A stretch of 53,405 bases of DNA, from the IMG/VR virus record IMGVR_UViG_3300020593_000094, positions 1 through 53,405 of that record; one strand, 5' to 3'. Below, in pieces: positions 36,673-43,985 of this stretch. The position numbers were made by a program, and so were the translations under genes. Origin of the DNA: a virus. Taxonomy: Duplodnaviria; Caudoviricetes. The notes under the pieces are model-generated. The model worked only from the letters and a program-made list of their open reading frames with translations, made no database searches and was not told the origin of the DNA. Position 1 is the first letter of the stretch. Every line of letters starts with the position of its first letter.

Positions 36673-37440
36673 ATGACCCAGAACAACGCCGCTTTCCTCC
36701 ACATGACCGCCGACACGCTCGGCAAGAGCCTGCTGCAGGGCCTGATCCAGGAAATCCGCATCCTGCCGGACGTGTGGCAGAAGCTGTCCGAAGCCAAGCA
36801 GACCGACGTGATCGATCGCCTGGAGCAGCAGGTGCGCAACGCCGCCACCATCGCGGTGCACACCATTGCCGGAGCCGAGCGCGAGACCGTCTACGGCAAG
36901 CTCGAATCCATCGCGGCCAAGGACAAGATGAAGGCCGTGATCGTGGTGAACCACTCCAGCCCGAACAAGCACGACCTGCTCGACGCTGTGAACGAGGACT
37001 GCCTGCTGATCATCGGGGGCGCAGGCGAATTCCTGGGCGGCATGAAGGACGTGAAGGCCGACCCGGACCAGAACCCACTGGACCTGAATGGCGGCGACCA
37101 CGACATGGAAGACCCTGGCGCATGGGGTGGCGACGCACCGAGCGACGACAGCGACGTCGTGGACGCCGAATTCGACGAGGTTCCGCAGCTCACCGTAGAG
37201 CGCTTCGCCGGCCACACCCTGGGCGAGATCGCCATCGGCGTCGCCACCAAGAAGGACGTGTTCGACGCGGCCTGGCTGCAATCGCGCTTTGCCCTCACCA
37301 CTGAAGAGGCCGAGCGCGTCGTTCTCCAGCTGCTGGACCAGGGCGTCATCGTGCTCGAGCAGGAGAACGAGGAATCCCGCGAGCTGAATACCTACCGCGT
37401 CATCAAGAAGCCGGGGGATATCGCCCTCGACCTGGAGTGA
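36673..37440 (+). CDS. Phage protein with FtsK-gamma-like C-terminal winged helix
   Basis: C-terminal AAWLQSRFAL...EAERVV.QLLDQGVI resembles the FtsK gamma domain. Confidence 0.65.
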   Translation: MTQNNAAFLHMTADTLGKSLLQGLIQEIRILPDVWQKLSEAKQTDVIDRLEQQVRNAATIAVHTIAGAERETVYGKLESIAAKDKMKAVIVVNHSSPNKHDLLDAVNEDCLLIIGGAGEFLGGMKDVKADPDQNPLDLNGGDHDMEDPGAWGGDAPSDDSDVVDAEFDEVPQLTVERFAGHTLGEIAIGVATKKDVFDAAWLQSRFALTTEEAERVVLQLLDQGVIVLEQENEESRELNTYRVIKKPGDIALDLE

Positions 37441-37443
37441 GCC

Positions 37444-39189
37444 ATGCGCATCACGAAATTCGAAATCACCAACTTCCAAGGGCTGCGTCATGCGGCCCTT
37501 GATGTTTCTGCGCCGGTGCTGCTGGTGGCCGGTCACAACGGCGCCGGCAAGAGTTCGATGCTGGATGCCATCGCAATGGCTTTCAATGGCCAGCCGCGCC
37601 GTGTCTCGCTGAAGAAGGAGATGGACAAGCTGGTCAGCGAGGGCGCCAAGAAGGGCGAAGCGCACGTCACCTATATTGATGCCGGCGGCGAAGAGCAGAC
37701 CGCGTGGGTGATGCTACCCACCGGGAAGAACGCCCCGCTCGGTGACTCGCCGTTCCTGCCCTACGTGCTCGACGCCAGCCGCTTCGCTGCACTGGATTCC
37801 AAGGAGCGCCGCAAGGTGCTGTTCGATCTGAGCGGCGCCAGCGCCAGCCCGGCGGAGGTCGGCAAGCGTCTGCAAGCCAAAGGCCTGGACCTGAAGCTGT
37901 TCGAGAAGGTGAAACCCCTCCTCCGCTCCGGTTTCCCGGCCGCCGTCGAGCAGGCCAAGGCCTACGCCAGCGAGGCGCGCGGCGCCTGGAAGGCGATCAC
38001 CGGCGAGAACTACGGCAGCGAGAAGGCTGTCGGCTGGGCGCCGGAGCTGGTGGCCACCGTGGTCACCGATGACCAGGTCGCCGAGGCCGGTAAGAACCTG
38101 CAGCTGCTCGAGGACGATCTGGCCGAGGCCCAGCAGGCCCTCGGCGCCAGCAAGCAGGCCCGCCTGGCTGCCGACGGCCGCGCCCAGCGCATCACCAAGC
38201 TGCGCGAGCTGGTCGACCTGGAGCCGCGCCGCCGCAACAAGCTGACCACCGACGAGCAGAACCAGGACGAATGGTCCGAGAAGGTCATGGCCGCCGAGCT
38301 GGCCTCGGCCGGCAGCGTGCCGCACCAGCCGCTGACCTGCCCCCATTGCCAGGGCGCAGTCGACCTGCAGGCCGGGACCCTGGTGGTCCACCAGCCGCCG
38401 GAGCAGATCGCCGACGCGGAAGCCGCCCGCCGGTTGCCCGAATACCGCGAGTATCTGGCCAGCGCCCAGCGCGCCGTCGCGAACAGCCAGCGGGACCTGG
38501 ACGAGAGTCTGGCCGCGGCCGAGCAGATCAAGGCTCTGGAAGCAGAGTCCGTCGACGCGCCCAGCGCCGAAGCCATCGCCAACGGCGAGCAGGCCATCAA
38601 CGAGCTGCGGCAGGCCCGTGACGCGAGCCGCGCGAAGCTGGTGGCCCTGCAGGAAGCCCTTGAGGCCGCCGCCCAGCGCGAGACCTCTATCGCGAAAGCG
38701 CAGGCCGCGCACCAACACGTAGTGGCGTGGACCGGCCTGGCCGACGCGCTGTCGCCGACCGGCATACCGGCGGAGATCCTCGCCGACGCCATCGGCCCGG
38801 TGAACGACACCCTGAAGCGCCTGTCCGGCATTGCCGGCTGGTCGCCGGTGCAGATCAGCGCCGACATCGACGTGACCTTCGGCGGCAGGCTCTACGGCCT
38901 GCTGTCCGAGTCGGAGCGCTGGCGGTGCGACGCGACCATCGCCCTCGCCATCGCGACGATCTCTCCTGTCCTGCGCCTGGTGCTGCTGGATCGCTTCGAC
39001 GTGTTGGACCTGCCGAGCCGCAACCAGGCCATCGCACTGATGCGCGCCATGACCTCCGACCGCGAGATCGACTCGGTGATCGTCGCCGGCACGCTGAAGG
39101 AGCCGATGGCGAAGACGCCGGAATGGCTGCAGGCGGTCTGGATCGACGGCGGGCACATCGCCGGCCACGAGCAGCAGGCAGCGGCCTGA
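37444..39189 (+). CDS. SbcC/Rad50-like ABC ATPase
   Basis: G.NGAGKSS Walker A, coiled coil with central CPHC zinc hook, LLSESE signature, LVLLDRFD. Confidence 0.88.
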   Translation: MRITKFEITNFQGLRHAALDVSAPVLLVAGHNGAGKSSMLDAIAMAFNGQPRRVSLKKEMDKLVSEGAKKGEAHVTYIDAGGEEQTAWVMLPTGKNAPLGDSPFLPYVLDASRFAALDSKERRKVLFDLSGASASPAEVGKRLQAKGLDLKLFEKVKPLLRSGFPAAVEQAKAYASEARGAWKAITGENYGSEKAVGWAPELVATVVTDDQVAEAGKNLQLLEDDLAEAQQALGASKQARLAADGRAQRITKLRELVDLEPRRRNKLTTDEQNQDEWSEKVMAAELASAGSVPHQPLTCPHCQGAVDLQAGTLVVHQPPEQIADAEAARRLPEYREYLASAQRAVANSQRDLDESLAAAEQIKALEAESVDAPSAEAIANGEQAINELRQARDASRAKLVALQEALEAAAQRETSIAKAQAAHQHVVAWTGLADALSPTGIPAEILADAIGPVNDTLKRLSGIAGWSPVQISADIDVTFGGRLYGLLSESERWRCDATIALAIATISPVLRLVLLDRFDVLDLPSRNQAIALMRAMTSDREIDSVIVAGTLKEPMAKTPEWLQAVWIDGGHIAGHEQQAAA

Positions 39190-39238
39190 CCTTCCAACTC
39201 AGGCGGCCACGCTGGCCGCCTCTACTCAAGGAGGGCTC

Positions 39239-39955
39239 ATGAAGCCCATCATCTTCGACACCGAGACCACCGGCACCGACCACCAGACCGACCAGATCAT
39301 CGAGGCGGCCTGGCTGGAGCTCGCCGATAACCCGAGCCAGCTCGACGAGATCCGCTCACCCGAAGAACTTCCGTTCTATCACGAGCGCTTCAAGCCGACG
39401 GTTCCGATCAGCCTCGGCGCCCAGGCCGTGCATCACATCATCTGCGAGGACCTGGTTGGCTGCCGCGAGTCGAAGGAGTTCGCCCTGCCCGCCGGCCAGA
39501 TCCTGATGATCGGCCACAACGTCGACTTCGACTGGCGCATGGCCGGCGAAAACCCGGCTATCAAGCGCATCTGCACCCTGGCGCTGAGCCGCTTCCTGTT
39601 CCCGGACAAGGACAGCCACACCCAGTCCGCCATGATGTACCTGATCGGCCGCCGCTTCGGCCGTGAGGCATGGGCGCGCGACCTGCTTCGCAACGCCCAC
39701 GCCGCGCTCGACGATGTCCGCAACTGCGCCATCGTGTTGCGATTCCTGCTCCGAATCGCAAAGGAGTCCGGCCACTCGGTCGACACCTGGGAAGAGGTCC
39801 ACGCGCTGAGCGAGAAGGCGCGCATCCCGACGGTCATGCCCTACGGCAAGCACAAGGGCACGCCGATCAACCAGGTTCCGAGCGACTACAAGGCGTGGCT
39901 CCTGCGCCAGCCCGACGTCGATCCCTACCTCGTCCAGGCGCTACGCGCGCGCTGA
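39239..39955 (+). CDS. DnaQ-family 3'-5' exonuclease (exonuclease X-like)
   Basis: FDTETTG, GHN..FD, AH.ALDD; C-terminal MPYGKHKG......VP.DY..WLL. Confidence 0.9.
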   Translation: MKPIIFDTETTGTDHQTDQIIEAAWLELADNPSQLDEIRSPEELPFYHERFKPTVPISLGAQAVHHIICEDLVGCRESKEFALPAGQILMIGHNVDFDWRMAGENPAIKRICTLALSRFLFPDKDSHTQSAMMYLIGRRFGREAWARDLLRNAHAALDDVRNCAIVLRFLLRIAKESGHSVDTWEEVHALSEKARIPTVMPYGKHKGTPINQVPSDYKAWLLRQPDVDPYLVQALRAR

Positions 39956-40040
39956 TCCGCCACCAGGGCGCCGCAACGGCGCCCAGCACCACGAGCCGAC
40001 CCCATGGAATGCAAGATCACCCCCTCACGCCGGGCGGAGG

Positions 40041-40184
40041 ATGCTGCGCGCCATCGCCTGGGGCTCCTGCTCCTGGTACGGCTACCAGACCAACCGCGAC
40101 ACCCGCTATGCGGCCTTCATCGGCTGCATGGTGCGGGTGGACCAGCAGTGGATCCCACGCAACGAGCTGCGCGTCCTGCAGTGA
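40041..40184 (+). pseudogene. Short ORF or possible gene remnant
   Basis: Frame MLRAIAWGSCSWYGYQTNRDTRYAAFIGCMVRVDQQWIPRNELRVLQ has strong GC3 codon usage but a poorly spaced RBS; out of frame with ATG 40004. Confidence 0.4.
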
Positions 40185-40250
40185 GCAACCTCCTGCCGCT
40201 TCCACGAGGCGGCAGTGGGATGCGACGAGCATCAACACCCCCTTGGTATT

Positions 40251-40274
40251 GCCCGGCCCCGGCCGGGCCTTTTT
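40251..40274 (+). terminator. Intrinsic terminator upstream of the DGR cassette
   Basis: GCCCGGC-CCCG-GCCGGGC followed by CTTTTT. Confidence 0.6.
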
Positions 40275-40302
40275 ACTCCCAGTCGAGCACAAGGACAGCA
40301 CC

Positions 40303-40788
40303 ATGACCGAGATCATCACCAGCATTTCCGCTGCAGCACTTCCGGCCCGCGGCCAGCCCCTGGCCGGCGGCACCTTCATCGAGCGCTACTGGCTGAACAA
40401 CCAGGAGCGCGCCCTGATCCTCCTCGGCGCCGAGCACGACCTCTTCGGCGCCTACGGCGAATATGGCCAGGACATCGCCGGCGCCGGCCACTACGTCGAC
40501 GGCGAGGCGAACACCCGCGCCATGGCCGAGGCCGGCAGCGAGCTCGCCAAGAAGGCCCTGGAGCTGGCCGCCCACATCCCGGCCTGTCTGGAGGGCCAGT
40601 TGATCATGGCGGCCAAGCACGCCGGCCTGATCACCGACCTGCGCGAGGACCGCTGCTACTGGCTCAGCACGCAGCGCTCCGCCTACCGCGCCTACGGCAT
40701 GGGCTTCGAGGATGGCTGGCAGCACTACAACGGCAAGCACGCCGAGCTGCTCGTCCGCCCCGTCCGCAGCCTGCCCATCCTTCAGTGA
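40303..40788 (+). CDS. DGR target protein 1 (DUF1566/CLec-type, 161 aa)
   Basis: ATG 40303 after AAGGA; P..GQP..GG.F, DG..NTRAM, YW.STQ...AY...F..G......K.....VRPVR; C-terminus encoded by VR1. Confidence 0.9.
   Translation: MTEIITSISAAALPARGQPLAGGTFIERYWLNNQERALILLGAEHDLFGAYGEYGQDIAGAGHYVDGEANTRAMAEAGSELAKKALELAAHIPACLEGQLIMAAKHAGLITDLREDRCYWLSTQRSAYRAYGMGFEDGWQHYNGKHAELLVRPVRSLPILQ
40670..40770 (+). repeat. DGR variable repeat VR1
   Basis: 101-bp ungapped match to 42077-42177 with 11 differences, all at template adenines. Confidence 0.95.
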
Positions 40789-40906
40789 TCCACTGATTCA
40801 TTCCTTCTCCAGCAGGCGATTCGCGGGACCGCGCCCACCGCGGTCAGACCAGAAGCATGCCGGGCAAGCGCCGGCCGCCTGCGCCCTATTCCGTTGAGGA
40901 CCTCCC

Positions 40907-41506
40907 ATGCAAGCGAAGCAACTGCCCGCGCTGAAGATCGGGCGCCTGAACCACCTGACCATCAACTTCCACGGGGCCGACCTGGTCGCCGAACCGTTCC
41001 AGGCCGCCATGCTCAGCACCATCGAGACGGCCAGCAGCGTTCCGCCGCTCGGCAACTACTGGCCCGGCGAGGGCGGCCACAATGTCGGCCTGATGCGCGG
41101 CGAGAATGGCGGCCGCGACTACTACCTGATCGTCGCCAGCGGCCCGGCGGCGGAGGTTCGCGCAGCCTATGGCGGCCACGGTCACGAGACCGAGAGTGCC
41201 GACAGCGCCAGCGACGGCCTGGCGAATACCCGGGCCCTGCTGGCCGACAGCAAGGCGCACCCTGCCGCGAAATGGGCCTCGGAATACACCGCCGACGGCC
41301 ACAGCGACTTCTACCTGGGCGCGCGGCGCGAGAACCAAATCGCCGAGGCGATCGCTCCCGAGCTCTTCAGCAAGGGCTACCACTGGTCGAGCACGCAGCG
41401 CTCCGCCGACGACGCCTACCTCATGGACTTCGAGGATGGCTGGCAGCACTTCTACGACAAGTACGCCGAGCTGCTCGTCCGCCCCGTCCGCAGAAAATAC
41501 ATCTAG
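40907..41506 (+). CDS. DGR target protein 2 (DUF1566/CLec-type, 199 aa)
   Basis: P..G.YWPGEGG, DGLANTRALL, HPAA.WA, DGHSDFYL..RRE, HWSSTQ...VRPVRR; C-terminus encoded by VR2. Confidence 0.92.
   Translation: MQAKQLPALKIGRLNHLTINFHGADLVAEPFQAAMLSTIETASSVPPLGNYWPGEGGHNVGLMRGENGGRDYYLIVASGPAAEVRAAYGGHGHETESADSASDGLANTRALLADSKAHPAAKWASEYTADGHSDFYLGARRENQIAEAIAPELFSKGYHWSSTQRSADDAYLMDFEDGWQHFYDKYAELLVRPVRRKYI
41394..41494 (+). repeat. DGR variable repeat VR2
   Basis: 101-bp ungapped match to 42077-42177 with 9 differences, all at template adenines. Confidence 0.95.
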
Positions 41507-41563
41507 TCCTTCAATCCTTCATTCATGGGCGCGCCAGCGCCCTCGCTTTTCGAGGTAGCCAGG

Positions 41564-41920
41564 ATGGCGCTGCACACCGAACTCGAGATCCACCGCAGTG
41601 CCGAGGAACTCCTCGGCGTGGTCCTTGCCCTGGTAAGGCACATCCCGCGGGACATGAAGCAACTCATCGGCGGGAAGCTCCGCGACGAGAGCCTGCAGGT
41701 CCTGGTGCTGATTGGCCGGGCGAACATGTCCCGGAACAAGCGCCAGCACCTGGATGATCTCCTCGAAAGCATCTGGATGATCAATCAGCTGCTGCGCGCG
41801 ATGGTGAACGAGCGATTCATCAGCATCCCGCAGCAAGCCAGGGCCATGAAGCTGACCGCTTCCATCGGCCGCCAGGCCAACGCATGGAAGAAAGCCACCG
41901 CAACCGCGCCCGTTGCTTGA
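41564..41920 (+). CDS. avd: DGR accessory variability determinant (four-helix bundle)
   Basis: 118-aa basic helical protein (L.IH....EL......LVRHIPRD.K..IG.KL....L.....I.RAN...IGRQ..AWKK) between target and template repeat. Confidence 0.85.
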   Translation: MALHTELEIHRSAEELLGVVLALVRHIPRDMKQLIGGKLRDESLQVLVLIGRANMSRNKRQHLDDLLESIWMINQLLRAMVNERFISIPQQARAMKLTASIGRQANAWKKATATAPVA

Positions 41921-42076
41921 GGGTTACGGCCCTCCTGCCTGCGCGCCAAATCTGGTCGTGCCGCTGCCCGGTTGGGCACCGCCATGCGCACCCACAGGGA
42001 CCACCGGCTACCGGCGAGGCCTGGCGCAGTTTCTCCGTTGAGCAATCGGCGGGGCGACGTGGATAGCACGATAGGT

Positions 42077-42177
42077 CGCAGCGCTCCGCCAACAACGCCT
42101 ACAACATGGACTTCGAGGATGGCTGGCAGAACAACAACGACAAGAACGCCGAGCTGCTCGTCCGCCCCGTCCGCAGA
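42077..42177 (+). repeat. DGR template repeat TR
   Basis: Contains 7 AAC triplets in the target reading frame and 27 adenines in total; lies between avd and the RT remnant. Confidence 0.95.
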
Positions 42178-42178
42178 T

Positions 42179-42475
42179 TTGACGGTTGCCCCTTTCACCT
42201 TCGAGGACCTGGCCCAGGCCTACTTCGACTGCCGCCGCCACAAGCGAAACACCAACAGCGCGCGGCGCTTCGAGCTGAACCTCGAGGAGAACCTGCTGGA
42301 CCTGCACGACGAGCTGCCGGCCTTCCAGGTGAAGCCCGCTGGCAAGGGCTTCTTCCACATCGTCGACACCGCCAGCGGCAAGGTCTGCGGCTTCCGGCGC
42401 GGCCACCAGCAGGCGCTCGACCGCGCCGAGGTGCTCACCATTCGCAAGCGCGACGACCTGGGGACGGAAGGCTGA
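42179..42475 (+). pseudogene. DGR reverse transcriptase N-terminal remnant (to ~42316) fused in frame to the 3' part of an unrelated small phage gene
   Basis: FTFEDLAQAYFDCRRHKRNTNSARRFELNLEENLLDLHDEL is RT domain 0. It is followed by PAFQVKPAGKGFFHIVD... and a stop; no YxDD core in the cassette. Confidence 0.85.
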
Positions 42476-42789
42476 TGGCAAAGACTCAGCAGGAGCGCTC
42501 CGCCAAGGCTGCGGCGAAGCGCGCAGAGGTCGGCGAGGAGGAACTGCGGCACAGGGTTCGCCCCGGCGTGCTGGCCAAGCTGGAGGACCTGATGCAGTGG
42601 GGCGGCATCGAGCAGAAAGCCGAGGCCGTGCAACTGCTGATTCTCAATGTGCATGCCCTGGGGCCGGACGGCGCCGCGCAGCTCCTCACCGTTCCGCGCC
42701 ACGAAATCGCGATCAGCGAAAGCGTGGCGCGCAGGCTTGAAGCGGAGGGCCGGCGCGAGGCTGCCGCCCTCGACCGGAGCGACGAGTGA
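42475..42789 (+). CDS. Hypothetical phage protein
   Basis: MAKTQQERSAKAAAKR...; ATG overlaps the upstream TGA. Confidence 0.75.
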   Translation: MAKTQQERSAKAAAKRAEVGEEELRHRVRPGVLAKLEDLMQWGGIEQKAEAVQLLILNVHALGPDGAAQLLTVPRHEIAISESVARRLEAEGRREAAALDRSDE

Positions 42790-42896
42790 TCGGTGCCGCC
42801 GGACAGGCGCATCGATAAGCCTCCCCGAGACACTCCTTACGCCGGATAGGCGATGCCACGGCACGGCTTATCGACGGATATCTACCTGGAGAAACC

Positions 42897-43985
42897 ATGA
42901 CGCCAGCCCACCAGATACTGGTCGGCGACTGCCTGGAGCTGCTCCGGGCGATGCCCGACGAATCGGTGCACTGCTGCATCACCAGCCCACCTTACTTCGG
43001 CCTGCGCGACTACGGCATGGCCGGCCAGATCGGCCTCGAACAGACGCCCGCCGAGTTCGTGTCGCGCCTGGTCGAGGTCTTCCGCGAAGTCCGCCGTGTG
43101 CTGCGCGACGACGGCACCCTCTGGGTGAACATGGGCGATAGCTACGCCAGTGGTGGCCGAGGCGGTGGCGGAACCTTCATGGCCGAGCGTGGTGACGGTG
43201 CCTGGAAGGGCCGCAGCGAGGCCTCCGGCTGGCGATCTGCGCCGCAAGGCCTCAAGCACAAGGACTTGGTCGGCATCCCCTGGCGGCTGGCGTTCGCCCT
43301 GCAGGACGACGGCTGGTATCTGCGCCAGGACATCATCTGGCACAAGCCAAACCCCATGCCTGAGAGCGTGCGCGACCGCTGCACCAAGGCTCACGAATAC
43401 CTGTTCCTGCTCAGCAAGTCGCCGCGCTACTACTTCGACCGCGAAGCGATTGCAGAGCCCCTGGCGCCAGCATCTGTTGCACGTCTGGCCCAGCCCGGCT
43501 GGGAAGACCAGCAAGGCTCGGCCAGGGTGCCGGGGAAAGCCAACGGAGCCATGAAGGCCGTGGGCGGCAGCCGGAGCAGGCGCTACAGCTTCGCCCGGGA
43601 GACCAAGAGTACCGCCGGAACCCACGGCCAGAAGGCGCAGCACCGGCCTGACCGCCCCGACATCGACTACAGCGCCACGCGGAACAAGCGCAGCGTCTGG
43701 TCGGTGCCAACCGGCGGTTTCCGCGGTGCGCACTTCGCAACATTCCCGCCCGACCTGATCCGCCCGTGCGTCCTCGCCGGCGCGCCGCGCGACGGCCTGA
43801 TCCTCGACCCATTCGGCGGCGCCGGCACCACCGGCCTTGTCGCCATGCAGGAGGGGCGCCGCTCGGTGCTCCTCGAACTCAATCCCGAATATGCCGCGAT
43901 CGCTCGCACCCGCCTGGCTGCTGCCTGGCTGGAGGGCGCCGCGCAGATGGATGTCCTTCTGGACCACAAGGAGCCCGCCGCATGA
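42897..43985 (+). CDS. Orphan beta-class amino-DNA methyltransferase (N4-C/N6-A)
   Basis: TSPPYFGLRDY, HFATFP, LDPFGGAGTT. Confidence 0.92.
   Translation: MTPAHQILVGDCLELLRAMPDESVHCCITSPPYFGLRDYGMAGQIGLEQTPAEFVSRLVEVFREVRRVLRDDGTLWVNMGDSYASGGRGGGGTFMAERGDGAWKGRSEASGWRSAPQGLKHKDLVGIPWRLAFALQDDGWYLRQDIIWHKPNPMPESVRDRCTKAHEYLFLLSKSPRYYFDREAIAEPLAPASVARLAQPGWEDQQGSARVPGKANGAMKAVGGSRSRRYSFARETKSTAGTHGQKAQHRPDRPDIDYSATRNKRSVWSVPTGGFRGAHFATFPPDLIRPCVLAGAPRDGLILDPFGGAGTTGLVAMQEGRRSVLLELNPEYAAIARTRLAAAWLEGAAQMDVLLDHKEPAA

Noticed and set aside
40670-42177. Three-copy repeat as a CRISPR array or simple duplication
   Set aside because: Units are 101 bp, lie in coding 3' ends about 700 bp apart, and differ only at adenines of one copy. 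This fits a DGR, not CRISPR.
42106-42474. ORF 42106-42789 starting inside TR as a third DGR target
   Set aside because: TR is open in the target frame by design, and the following sequence is an off-frame reading of the RT remnant. The real gene starts at ATG 42475.
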